Shown piece by piece: positions 15,984 to 32,355 of a stretch of DNA of 64,000 nucleotides. The DNA is taken from the NCBI RefSeq assembly GCF_009914755.1, contig NC_060942.1. One strand, 5' to 3'. A program made the translations under genes and the position numbers. Each line of letters starts with the position of its first letter. The first letter of the stretch is position 1. This DNA comes from the human T2T-CHM13v2.0 reference genome, Homo sapiens. The notes under the pieces were generated by a model. That model made no database searches, had not been told where the DNA came from, and saw only the letters and a list, made by a program, of their open reading frames with translations.

Positions 15984-17224
15984 TGCATAGTACTTCATAA
16001 GGTACATGTATTGTACGTTAATTACCTATTTTTCTATGAGCATTTTTGCTGTTTCAAAATTTCTACTGCCAAAAATGATGTAATGCATACTTTTATGCAT
16101 TTAGCTTTTTCATCCTTTTTTGATTTTTTACTTAGAATAAATTCCTAGAAAGTCTCCACTTCACTTAAACTTAATCATGAATGACTTCAGAGCAAAACAA
16201 ACTGGCTTTTACATAATTCCATTTTAATGTACCTCAGAAAATTCCATGCATAGGGAACCTATCAGTTATTTGTTGGTAATACCTGTTAAATTGTTCTACA
16301 TTATGGGTTCTGATATTTTGCTGAACATATATTTTATCAGATATACTGATCCAAAAGAGTGAAGAAAGGCAGGAATTCTGTGGGAAAAAAAATCCTAGAT
16401 ATTATTTTGCTGAAAGGCAGCAGCAACATCACAGTGCTTTTGCTTTACTTAAAATTCCCAAATGAAGAGGTGAAGAACCCACTTTAGGTTAGGAAGCCTG
16501 AGGTTTCTAATGCCTGTTTATCCTAAATAATTGTCTGTGTTGGGGTATCTCATCATTGATTTGGAGCTGTGCTTTACTGGATACAAGCTGAGAGACTTTC
16601 TTTTAAACCAAAAACAAATTTTAAAAAGCTTTCATTTAGCACTAATAGATCACTACTTGGCCAAGTGGGGAAGTGACTGGGCATTCTGGAGAAGGCTCTG
16701 GAAGTTCTCAGCATCTAGGAAACACCTCTAGGAAACATCCTTTAACATGAGCAGGGTACTCAAGTCACTGGAGTCAACGAGTCTGAGAGTTTTGCTCTTC
16801 TGAAATGACTAGCTATTTGCAGTCTGTATTAACTGTCTTTAGGATATGAACATCTTGTTCAATGGACAAGTTAGATGGTAAGGGCAAGCCCAGGATCAAC
16901 TTGGTTCCTAAGGAACAATGTGTGTTTTCCTATAATCTTCCCTACACTTTCCTCTGTGCTATAGCCAGGGCATGACAACCAAAGCCTTGTCACAAACATT
17001 TAAAAAGACAATTTTCAAAGGTTGTAAAACTTTTAAAGCCAGCTTCCTCCTTTGCAAATGCAACTCCTTCTCACCCCACTTCAGTACCTGGACAGCCAGG
17101 AAGCCCAATGTTAGGGGCACAAAATGCTCTGTCCCTGCCACCCCCTTTGTATGTGTTGTACCTGTCAGCCTGTCACACACCCCTACTTCATCCCCCAGTT
17201 GATTCAATGGTCTGTTAAAATAAA

Positions 17225-18400
17225 AAAAAAGCTCTATTGAGCTATAATTCACATAAAACTCACCCACTTAAAATGTACAATGCAGTGGTTTTTAGTATAA
17301 TTACAGAGTTGCACAACCATGATCACGATTAATTTTAGAACGTTTTTATCACCCTCCAAAAGAAACCTGTACTCATTAGCAGTTACCTTCATTACTCCCC
17401 AAATCCCCTAGTCCTAGAGAATCACTGATGTATCTGTCTCTATAGATATGCCTATTCTAGAAATTTCATACAGATGGAATTATATAATTGGGGGGGCTTT
17501 TGTGACGGGCTTCTTTTACTGAACATAGTTTTCAGAGTTCATCCATGTACTAATACTTCATTTCTTTTTATTGCCAAATGCTACTCCATTGCATGATTAT
17601 ACCACATTTTGTTTATTCTTCATCAGTTGATAGACATTTGGGCTGTTTCCACTTTTTTGGACTATAATAAATAGTGCTTGCTGCTGCAGTGAACATCGTG
17701 TACAAATTTTTGTATGGATGTATGTTTTCATTTCTCTTGGACACGTACCTAGTCCTGGATTTGCTGGGTCATGTGGTAACTCTATGTTTAACATTTTAAG
17801 GAAACTGCCAAACTGTTTTTCAAAGTGGCTGTACCAGTTTATGTTCCCATTGCCAAGGTATGAGGTTTGTTCTCTCGCCATATCCTCACCAACACTAGCT
17901 ACTGTCTGTTTTTTTTCTTTTAGCCATCCCAGTGGGTATGAAGTAGTATCCCATTGTGGGTTTGATTTGCATTTCTCTAATGGTTAATAATATTGAGCAC
18001 CTTTTCATCTGCTTATTGGCCATTTATATGTCTTTTTTGGAGAAATACCTGTTTAAATCCTTTGCCCAGTTTTTGATCATATTTGCCTTTTTATTGTTGA
18101 GTTGTAAGAATTCTTTACATATTCTAGATACAAGGCTTTTATCAGATAAACGGCTTAAAAATGTTTTCTTTCATTCTGTGGCTTGTCCATTTTCTTTTTT
18201 TCTTCTTTTTTGTTACTTTTTAATTTTTATCATTTTAAAAATTTTCTGTTCATTTTCTTGATGTATGTATACTTTGAAGCACAAAAGTTTTTAATTTTGA
18301 TGATGTTCAGTTTATCTTTTTATTTTGTCACTTATATTTTGTGATTTGTGTCTAAGAAACCGTTGCCTAATCCAAGGTCATGGAGATTTACACCTATGTT
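17225..18400 (-). mobile_element. L1MB-like 3' region
   Basis: ATTGAGCTATAATTCACATA ... GGATTTGCTGGGTCATGTGG ... TTTGCATTTCTCTAATG. Confidence 0.9.
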
Positions 18401-19023
18401 ATGGTTTTCTTAGTGGAAAATATCCTTTTTGCCACATAGCTCAAATATTATTCTTATTTTCCTAAGTTTTATGGTACAAACATCTGTCAACATAGTTGAA
18501 AGCACATGAATTTTTGAGAATACAATAAATGCAGGTTTTCTTGGAGGCCAGGTCATATCTGGGAGAGTAGTGGAAAATGAGACCAATGCAGGAAGAACTT
18601 GGAGAGTCCATCTAGGTACAAAGATCCCTGGGAATATAATTGTTGTTAGAACAAATCAACCAGAACCTCCTCAAAATGTTCTTTGTGGTTCATGCCATAG
18701 GAGCACTTATTTAAATATTTTTGTCTGAAATTAATTTCTATCTAAAGCATCTTATTAAAATAGTGAATGAAAACCTGAAAGGTGCTTGGAAGGGGCCCCA
18801 AATGGACTAACCCTATATAGAATTTAATGCCATACTAAGTTGTTATCTAGCAAAATTCCAGTGGGAAAAATTACAGCTAACACATGTATGTAAATAGGTG
18901 ACTATACTTGCTTGTGGGGTAGAGGTGGTTCTCTACAGCTTAGCATGGTCTTCAGTGTTCAGATTACCTGAGCTCACCCTTTTTAATAGACAGCATTTAA
19001 TAGAGCAGGGTAGTATGTTAGAG

Positions 19024-19252
19024 CAGTGCTTCTCAAATGGTCTGTGATGAAGACCAGTTTATTTTCTTTTGAACTTGGAATAGGACAATAATTTTATAAA
19101 ATGCAAGAAACATAAATAACTAGAAAAATTAAATTTTAAAAGACATACAACATACAACTCCCACATTTTCAATATTAGATTAAACAGGCATAAAGTAACT
19201 CTGTCAAATTGCTGTTCTGTACTTGTCCGAGGACCACACTTTCAGAAGCAGT
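19024..19252. mobile_element. hAT-Charlie non-autonomous fossil
   Basis: TIR-like ends CAGTGCTTCTCAAA / TTTCAGAAGCAGTG. Confidence 0.65.
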
Positions 19253-19740
19253 GGTTTAGAGGGAGAACTATCCTGATAAGCTTATGCCAGGGCTTGGATT
19301 ACCTGTATGTGAAGTTGATTAGGAGATCTCTTTGACTAGAATGTATACTCAGGGGTAACAGGAGATGATTATGTCTTCCAAGAGATGAGGCCAAAAATTT
19401 AGCTATTCTTCATTCTGTAGGGTAAAAAGATTCTAACAGGAAGGAGGAGGGTGTAATAAAATAGAAATGGCATCTCTAGAAATAATGTTCATGTTTAAGA
19501 TTGATTATAGGGAGGAAAATGAAACACAATGAGCCTTTCAAAAAATAAGTCATGAGACTTTGGGCAAAAAACAAACAAATAAATATGTGGTCAAGTCTGA
19601 GGCTGTGGAAGTAAAAATGGAGCAACAGCAGAAGTATTCAGTGAGCCTCTCTTACATGCTGAATATGGTTCCCAGCACTTTACATATATAATCTCACTTA
19701 ATCTTCACAACAATCCCATGTGGTATTATTATTATTATCA

Positions 19741-20003
19741 TTTGGGACAGGCACTCACTTTGTCACCCAGGCTGGAGTGCAGTGACCTCAAGTGATCTGC
19801 CTGCCTTGGCCTCCCAAAGTGCTGGGATTGCAGGCATGAGCCACTGCACCTGGCCTATGGTTTTGATTTTATTTTGATTTTGTTTTTAGAGATAGGGTCT
19901 CACCATGTTGCTTAGGCTGGTCTCAAACTCCTGAATGCAAGCCACCCTCCCACCTCAGCCTCCCAAGGTGTTGGGGTTACAGGCGTGAGCCACTGCACTT
20001 GGT
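19741..20003 (-). mobile_element. Internally deleted Alu (19741-19856) plus FLAM-like monomer (~19870-20003)
   Basis: GGAGTGCAGTG fused to ACCTCAAGTGATC; a separate left monomer follows. Confidence 0.85.
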
Positions 20004-20851
20004 CAGATCTTAACATTTTGTAAGGGACCTTTTATACTCTACTTCTAGTCATGTAGCTTCTCCGAACTACATGCTTAGGTTTTTAAGGTCCTGTGTCTAC
20101 CTTGAATATAATAAAGTATTTCACCTAGCCTGCTTTGAGTCCTGTTAGTGCCATGCCTTTTAAAATGAGCTAACCCTCTAGTAGAGCAATTATATAGGAA
20201 TTTTTTTTTTTGCCTGAGTTTTTTGTTTGTTTCGAAAAACAGAAAAGAAATAGAATAGAGTATGTGATTAGTCATACATGCTATTTTTTCCCCACACCAA
20301 GACTTACACCAAGAACTTGCACTAATTGTTCTAAAGAATTGCATACTCCACACTATTGGCACTCTGTAGATGTCAAATAATAACTCCTTGGGGAGTAGGA
20401 GAGGTCTTTTGTTAAAATGGAGTGCAATGTTCATTGCCATTTGAGATATATGTTCCTTGATAAATGGCCCAGATATTTGCAGTTGTCTTTTATCAAGCAT
20501 TCATAGCCCTGTCATCTGTATCTTCTTTCGAAAGAAGATCATCGGAAGAATTGTCTATTTTTCTTACATGTTACTAAAAATGAATTTTAATTTAAAACAT
20601 AGCCAATATTTTTGTTCCCTGTAGGAGCCTAGTATTTTATGACTCACTCCTACTTTTAACAAGGGAAACATTGCCCTTGAATATATTTGTGTACCAAGCA
20701 TGAGAGTTAATAGTTACCATCTTTTCATATGGGTAGAGTTGTTGCTCTAGGGAAGTGGAGGAAGAGTCTAATAGGTTTTCGCAGCCTGTGAGAGGAGGAA
20801 AAGAATATCAACATTAACTTAAACCTATCTGCATGAAATAAGTTTAAAATC

Positions 20852-21160
<309 letters not shown>

Positions 21161-21793
21161 TAAAAATCATTTTTAACTTATTAAAAGTCAGTATAATATT
21201 ATTACTTTTTCCCCCATTCTTTTTTTTAGTGGGGAGTATGATGCATAAGACATTTTGGGTTGTGTTAGCTAAAAATAGCCCCAAAAGCTTTTTTTCCCAG
21301 AACAAGAAGATTATCCAGAAAAAAAAAGAGCTGTGATCTTTCTTCCACCTGGGGGAAATGGGTGTGAATCTCTCTGTGGAGGGAGCTATGCTGGTCCCTC
21401 ATTTCTGGTGTGAACACATTTGTGCCACTGCAGGGCTGTAGCCAGATTACTGCTTTTGGACCAAGGACCACTGTCTGGGCTGACCAGTCAGCACCAGTAA
21501 TTAATGAATAGTGGTAAGCGCAGGTTCGAAAAAATACCAAGAGAGTTATTTCTTTCAACAGTAAATAAAAATGAAAAGGCTCCCATTTTATATTAATTGG
21601 ATATTCTTTTTATAGTTTGTCCCCAATCATACATACAGATTTTTTGAAATAACTATTTCCCTTTTATGTAAGTCTAAGAACTTTTGTGCAGGTTTAATTT
21701 TGAGATAAATTCTGGGGGTATGTGGGAAGTTATGCTGTTTACAAAAAGCAGGGAATTGAAATAGATGGCATAGAACTTGTAAGGCTACCATCC

Positions 21794-22093
<300 letters not shown>

Positions 22094-22325
22094 AGCTACC
22101 ATGCTTTCTTTCTCTTTCTTGATCACCCTCCCAGTGACTGAGGACAAGAAAATGAAGACTGTGCATCATACTCTTCATTAGAGGCTGAGCTACCCTTCTG
22201 TACATTCAAGGAACTCTGACTTACTGAAAGGAAACTGCTAACAGCCACCTCTCTTTCCTTCTGTTTCCTAGACCTACAATGGTAAAAATTTACCAGAGAG
22301 GATCTTCTGTAAAGTATGCTTTTTA

Positions 22326-22613
22326 GGCCAGGTGTGGTAGCTCACGCCTGTAATCTCAATGCTTTGGGAGGCTGAGGCAGGAGGATTACTTGAGCCCGGG
22401 AGTTTGAGACCAGCCTGGGCAATGTAAGAGAGACCTCCTCTCTCCAAAAAAACATTTTTTTTAATTAGCACCCAAAGTACCAGCTACTTGGGAGGCTGAG
22501 GTGGGAGGATCACTTGAGCCCAGGAGCTTGAGGCTGCAGTCAGTGAGCTATAATCATGCCACTGCACTCCAGCCTGGGAGACACAGTGAGACCATCCCCC
22601 CCCGCAAAAAAAA
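22326..22613 (+). mobile_element. Alu (AluJ-like)
   Basis: Dimer with J diagnostics; C-run before the A tail. Confidence 0.92.
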
Positions 22614-23599
22614 GGCTTTCTGGTCTTATCCTTAACATATGTATCTATTTAAATAGAATGTAAATTATCATTTTACTGATACTGACTTAAATAATTATTT
22701 TGTATATTTTGTGATTCCAGTTTACTTTGCACCCTTGATTTAGCATAGGAAGGGAAACAATCCATGTTTATTTGGAGGACAAATGTACAGTCACTGTGAT
22801 AATCTGGATTGTTTTCTGCTTTAGGCAATTAAATCAGAATTGTATATTTGTCCATGGGTGATTTTTGATGGTGATATGCCATTACTGTAACAACAGGCTA
22901 CATTCTTGGTGGCTACTAATTGCCTCCAGAATTAAGAGGACATGGAGGGTTTTTTGTTGACAAGACACATAGTGTTTGTAGAACATGCAAAAAGGGTGCT
23001 GTCAGAGCTACTTTATTCAGAATCAGCAGCTCACTGACTGCAGTGACTGTAAAAGATGAGACTCCTGGGATTTACCAGTGACTTACTACTGCCTTGTCTC
23101 TGTGATTGCTGACAAATGCTATGCTGTTACTTGGCTTCTGGGAAATGGAAAAGGTAGAGTGGGCTTTGGCCTTGGAGTGCTTCTGTGGAAAATATAACAG
23201 TAGATAGAACACCTGCTTTCATATTCTACTTCTTCATTCAACTACCGAACGGATCATTTTAATCGCCCTCTAGATGTAGCAAAAACAAGAGAGTGAGGGG
23301 TTTCAATGCATGCTAATGGTAGTACCATATTCCTTTTAAGGATGAAATAAGTTTCTTAGCCTTTAATTTTCAGGCAGCCTTGCTGTATTTTGTATTAAAT
23401 GGATGAGTCATCTTTTTATATGTAAATCACTGCTTTATTTTGAAATCACAATACTCTAATATAAATTCCCTTTAAAAACACAGCTTATATAAATGTTTAT
23501 ATAATCCTTAACTACTGGGCAGATGGTTCCATTTCACTTTTCTGAATCATGATTTGGGTTTTTCCCCCCAAAACAAATCCATTTAAGATAGACTATCTC

Positions 23600-23903
<304 letters not shown>

Positions 23904-24159
23904 GATAGACCATCTCAAGTTTATGGTGAACTTTACTGTCGAGTCAAGTCATGTAACACTTAGCAGACCTGTGAGCTGACATTAGTAGCTGTTGTTTATA
24001 TAACGAGACTTCCCCTTTTGAAATGCTTTATAATGAGCAACGCTTGTCCTATAGGATATTTGTCCAGCCAAGCAGTTTATTCTCTAAACATAGTTCTATA
24101 TTTATTCTACTGATGTCATCAACTAAAAATTAATTTCTAGGCCAATATTCTATCATGTT

Positions 24160-24580
24160 CTTCAGCCAGGTGATCACACATCACAATCTGGCCCTGTTTC
24201 ACCTCCTCTCCCACTCCCCCCAGGCAGTACCCTAGCTATACTGAGGACCTGACCCATTGTTCCTGAAACCCAAGCATTCTCACATCTCAGCAACTTTGTA
24301 CACACCATTTCTTTGCTCACCTGGAGTGCTGTCCCGCCCTGACTCTCCCCAAACCTGTTTGCCTGATGACAGCCTGGCTCAGTTGAGCCCTAGGGTTACC
24401 TCTTTGTTAAAGCCTTCCCTGACTCGCTATCTACCCTTCACTCACTATCCACTCTTCATGTTAGAGACATGTGGGGCATTTCCATGTTGAGCTCACGTGT
24501 CTGCTTCACCACTGTAGAGTAAGTGCCTTTTCTCCTTTGTATTCTCAATACCTAGTGCAGTACTTGGTTGGCTGAATGAA
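24160..24580 (+). mobile_element. L2 3' remnant
   Basis: Pyrimidine-rich L2-like body ending TACCTAGTGCAGTACTTGG ... GCTGAATGAA. Confidence 0.55.
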
Positions 24581-25404
24581 CAAAGAGGCAGCCTGTGTCA
24601 TGTTTATCCTTTTTTATTCCTTTATACTATTAAAAGAGGGAGGAAGTGAAGAGCCCATGTTATTTGAAAATACTGTGAACACAATGGCTGTGTATTAAAA
24701 AGCATACTGAAATCATGAATCAGTGGCAACCTTCCACAATATTGTGAAGAAGGTGGTTCCCCAAGACTTCCTTATAAGGTTGAACTCATGCAGCTCATTG
24801 GGGACTAAAACCTTAAAGAGAAATGGAGGCTGGGCATGGTGGCTCACGCGTGGAACCATGAAAACGCCCCTGGCCGTACGTGCAGGGATCTCTACATAAT
24901 GACACCAAAAGGCTGAAAGATTTGTTAAGAATAACAAAAACCACTGTAAAGAATTACTGGTCTACATAGTTTACTCTGAATATTTGTGTAACATGAACTG
25001 TAGAGGATACAGGATGGGCTTGGATGTTATTTTCAGTGGACTAGGGAAGCAATATTTCTACCTTGGTTTTAAGTATAGAACAACATTTGAAGAGTTAAAT
25101 TATCTGCTGGGGCAGTTTTATAGTAAAATTTCAAAAGATACAGAACTGATGAGTTCTGTAAAAAATCGAAGTACCAGAATGAGGGGAAACAAATTAGGGA
25201 TGAAGACAAGGTAGAAGGATTTACATGGGAAGCCTTGTTAGGTGCTACTGGCATCAATAAGTAACTGTCCAGCATAGCTTAATGAGATGCTTTAAGAGGC
25301 TGATCTTCCTTGATGCACTGTCTGGTGCTGTGTTAGGAGGATAAAGCTGGCTTTGATGCTTGTACCAAAAAACTGTACTCTAAGTCAAAGGCAGAAATTT
25401 GGTT

Positions 25405-25765
25405 CTTTTTAAAAATTGAGACATAATTCACGTACCATAAAAAACAGCCTTTTAAAGTATACTGTTTGGTGTTATTTGTATATTCAGAGGGTTGTACAAC
25501 CATTACCACTATCTAATTCCAGGACATTTTCATCACCCCCAAAAGAAACCCCGTACTCGTTAGCTATCGCTTCTCACTCCTGCCTCCCTCAGTCTTTGGC
25601 AACCTCTAATATTTTCTGTGTTTGTGGGTTCACCTATTCTGAATGTTTCATTGGAATTATATCATGTGTCGCCCTTTGTGTCTGGCGTCTTTCACTTAGC
25701 CTGATGTTTTCAAGGTCCGTCCATGTAAGCATGTATCAGTACTTCACCTCTTTTCAAGGCTGAAT
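25405..25765 (-). mobile_element. L1MB-like 3' end
   Basis: ATTGAGACATAATTCAC ... ACATTTTCATCACCCCCAAAAGAAACCCCGTAC. Confidence 0.88.
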
Positions 25766-26815
25766 TGAGAAATGCAGCTCTTGATCAAAAATCAGATGAG
25801 CAAAAGACATTTTGTTACTTCCTGCTATGGGAAATTTTATGGAGTGAAATGAATGCCATCGTAGACTAGGTTCTGAAGTTTGGTCACTGGGAAAGACTTC
25901 AGGAATGCTACTGTAGTTGTAGTTAGGTTTTTTAACTTGGAGAAGCAAGGAAGAGAGCACAGCAGGGGAACTGTGGGCATCTCAGAGGCATAAAGGTCTT
26001 TTTGTAAGGTTTAGATTTATGTTGAATGATTCTAAAGAAGGACCAGGAAGAGAGGATCAACATTGGATTGGGTGGCATCACGAAGCAGGGGCAGTTTAGT
26101 AACTGGATATCTTAACAATCTCTGTTCAGGATGGAGAAGGAACAAAGAGGGGCTGGGGAAGTCATTGGCAAGAAAGCAGTAATCACAAAATGAGTGATTT
26201 TGCAGCTCTGGTATGGCCTTGGCAGAAATATTTTCTGTTGGCTATGCCACTGGCCTTGTCTGTGCATGTAAGAGACTGCAGAACTGATTTGCACCCTCTC
26301 ACATGAGAGGGATACACTCTGGTTCTACGATTAAGGAGCAAGTAGACTTGGCAAGGTGAGGCAAATAAAATACAGCCAAACTACTAAACAGAACTGACCA
26401 TTCACCCATTGAAGGTGGTAACCCTTGACATAAAATCTCTTTAATGGGAACAATCATTTTATTTTATGTAATGAAGTGTTACCTGATTTAAAAAAATTAT
26501 TTAATGGTCTTCTGGTACAATATGAATTATGAATTACCAGAAGAAGGCAAGGAGTTGGACTTCTTAACCAACTAATTAATTAAGCACCATTTATTGCCTG
26601 CTATGTGATGACCTTCGTGCTAGGTATTTTGTATATATTGTGTATATTTTCTCTTATGGGTTTAGATACTAATAATTAATCCCTTTTTATTCAGCCAAAA
26701 CAGTATGTGTAAATATGCCTGTTTGCCAATATAGTCACTCATTTACAAAGTCACTATAGTTAGAGCTAGGCTCTAGGAATGAATAAGACATGGTCCCTAT
26801 CCATTAGATTATAAT

Positions 26816-27330
<515 letters not shown>

Positions 27331-28960
27331 CTAGAAATTCACAGTCAAATGATAGAAAAACAGGTAATCACAATTCAGGGTGTGATGTATCCTCCAATAC
27401 AGGTCCCTATAAAATGCCCTAGAAGCTCAAGAGATGCTTCTGGTGGTGGAAGTGACAAGAAAAACGCCCAGCAGAGAGGAGATAACATGGAAGTGAGACT
27501 TTGAAAACAAAATAATAATAATAATACAAAGGGTGGGGAGGGAGTGGAGGAGGTTCATTTCAGGCAGATTTGCAGAATCCTTGAGGCATTAGGAACATGT
27601 ATGCAAGTTCCAGAAAAGCCATGTGGCTTGGTAGGGTCAATTGTTTAGTGGTTATTATAATATAATAATGTTGTATATAATATAATAGTTATATATAATA
27701 TAATAATGACAAAAATGGCTTTTATGGTAAAGGGTAAAGATTAAAAACAATTTTAACACAGCATTTATTTTATGGTATACATTGTTAGAAGAACTGCCAT
27801 ATTTGTCATTTACAATAGTCATTAGCATTCTCATTTCACAGAGAGAAAATTGAGGCCTAGAAAGTTAAAGAAATTTGCCAGGGAAGACACAAGGACTGGA
27901 GAGTCAGGATTTGAATCCAGGCCTGTTTGACTTAGAGATCAATCTCTTCACAATATGTCTTTCAATTTAAATTTTTCTCAGTTTGGCATTGTGATGAATT
28001 TCCCTTGGTATGTGTCCCATGATTCATTTCTGGCCATTAGACATCTTCTATTAGTTTTTTGTCTCTAATTTCATATTTAAAATATTTTCTGGCTAAGAGA
28101 TAGGTATTATAAGATGAGTCTATCCCATTAACAAAGAATTTCATGAACTCAGATTTTGGAAATTACTAAAAATGTCTCTTCTTTTTCTGTATAGTTATGG
28201 CACTAGGAGCCTTTTATATCCTAAAATGGGGTGGTTAGGGAATTCGTCAGTTAAATTGGAGGACCCAGTCCATTCATTCCCAAATTTGAATGGGCTCCTG
28301 TGACCATCAGGTCAGAGAACCTTGCTTCCTCATGGTGAGGAACGGCTTGTTATTCAAGCCTCTCCACATCTTAACCTAAAGGTCATGACCCTAACCTCTG
28401 ACTTCTTTTTTTTCTTTTTACTCTTCCTAAGAGCAAATCTTAGTGACTGGACAGAGGCTTTGCTTTTCTTAGTGAAGAGGAACTGGATATCTGCACCTGT
28501 ACGGCAGGCAGGGTCAAGTCCTGAAAATGTCCCTTCTGGCTGGAAAGTGTGCTTTGTGAGGACTTTTTTGTTTTGTTTTTTCTTTTCAGATGCGGAAGAA
28601 CTCACTTAATGTTATTTGCTGAATTTCCCTAAAAATCCATGACAGAGTCATAGTAAGATTCATCTAACATTTGTACCTGCCAGGCCTTGAGCATATGCAG
28701 GAGTATAATAAACAACACCTGCTTCAAGGAGCGCCCTCCACTGCTAATGCAGGATGAGAGGACAGAAGCAGGCAAGTCCTCCTGGAGGTCTTTCAAGGAG
28801 GGCAGGACTTACCTGAGGAGAGAAAGGTCAGGCTATATGTGGAACACAGGTAGGGACAAAGGCACAGGGTAGAGGGAAAGAGTAGAATGGTTTGACTGAA
28901 GTAGAAAATTCAACTTTGGCTGCACATGAAAATCACCTGCGGAGCTTTAACAACACTTCT

Positions 28961-30000
<1,040 letters not shown>

Positions 30001-30104
30001 TCATTCTGCTTTAATTGATCTAAGGTATAGCTTGAGCATCAGGATTTTTGAGTTTTACACATGATTTTAGTGTACAGCCGAGGTGAGGGACCATTGCTAG
30101 AGTC

Positions 30105-30266
30105 TCTTTACGTAGAATGTGGTTCTCTGACCAGCAGAGCCGCCCCACCTGGAAGCTTTTTAGAAATGCAAAATGTCAGGCCCCATTCCCAGACCCAGGG
30201 AAACAGAATTTGCATTTTCACAAGATCCCAGGTAACCCCTATACACATTAAAGTTTGAGAAGCACT
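30105..30266. mobile_element. MER5A-like hAT fossil
   Basis: TTAGAAATGCAAAATGTCAGGCCCC ... TAAAGTTTGAGAAGCACTG. Confidence 0.8.
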
Positions 30267-31753
30267 GCTGTAGAGAAAAGATGAGAAATATGGTTGCAGA
30301 GGGCCTGATTACCTAACCAGGTTTCCCAGCCCTTATACTGGGCTGGGCATGAATTACAGGTGTGCAGTGATAATACTGTCCCCTCAAGCCATTAGGAATG
30401 CTTGTACTTCTTGTCGGCAAGAAGTCTCCTCTGGTTATCTCTTTGTGCTCCTCGGATATTGCAAGTTCTTTGGGCGCCTTGAGGGAAAAGGGCAGGGGAG
30501 CACCAGCCACAGAGCACCTGTCAGGAGTGGGGATCCCCTGAAGATTTGTGATCAAAGGATGTTATGTGTGTCATGTTGTGATGGAAGAAGGTCTTGACAG
30601 AGACATATAGAATGGACTGTGTTGGGGGTGATCTGGGGTCTGGGAGGCATGTTAGGAGAAAGTTGCAATAATTCACACACAAGGTGAGAGAAGCCACAAC
30701 TAAGGAGCATGGTCATGCTTAAGAATCGGGATAGCACTTATATACCATTCCCAAGTCTTCAGAGCAAAGCTTGGAAGGAATTTCAACAGATTCCCTTATG
30801 CCTTTCTGAAGACACCTTTTAACTTTGTTTTTGTTTTGGTTTATGCTTGTGTGGCATTATCTCTAAGGGTAGGGAGAATTCTGATGATTAAAATCTGCTT
30901 GGCATAAATAAGGTCATAAACATTCAGCACTCACTCTGCATGACCCCCTAGTTCTTGGTGGGTGGGATCATCTGACTTGAGGGTTATTAGTGGATTTCAA
31001 AGGAGAAAGGAAAACAATGATGGCCATCATTTGGTGACTGGGCAGTGAGGAGGAGTTTTAGGAAATGGGGAGGTTAAAAGTCCAAGTATGAAAGGCTTGC
31101 TTTTGTGGAATCAGGACTATATACTCCAGTAGGGACAGCCCTCACAAGGGAACCCACACATTACAGGAGATTGTTTTATTTGGAAATAAATGTTGAAATT
31201 ATTGGTATGTCAAACTGATTTATTCTTCAGGGCCAAGCTAGAATTGTACCTCTTCTGGGAATTCTTCCCTAGTTACCCCAGTTCACTGTGCGTCCACATT
31301 CACTCTCAGTCTCAGGCTCTATTTCTTGTTCTCCTTTTCTCTCTTTCTCTCTTTGTCTCTCTCACTTCCTAAAATTCTCTTTACTAGTTCAACAAGTATT
31401 TTTTTAGTTTCGATATTTGAAAAGTAACTGTGGTATCTACTTATTTTCTAATAACTCACTTAGAGTTTATTTCATTTTTCTGATTTATGATTATATCTTA
31501 TCTCCAAAAATACATGGTAAGCACCTTGAGGACGTGGACCATATCTTATTCTTCGTTGTCTTCTTAGGGCTTTTTGCTAAGTATGTACAAATAATGATGA
31601 TTTTCTAAGATGAGTCATTTCCTTGGGGGATTTGTGACTTTATAAAATAGCTATTTTCAAGGGTGCTCCTGACTGAATGTAACCAATTAAAAATACTTTG
31701 CCATATACATTTGTGTTTTTCAAGTTTGTAATATTTCCAATGAAAAAAATGAA

Positions 31754-32355
<602 letters not shown>

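Noticed and set aside
17597-18261. ORFs with L1 ORF2-like peptides (also 45065-46151)
   Set aside because: Degenerate L1 fragments, not intact genes
20075-20500. 141-aa minus-strand ORF in unique sequence
   Set aside because: No recognisable domain, AT-rich with homopolymer-derived residues; compatible with chance
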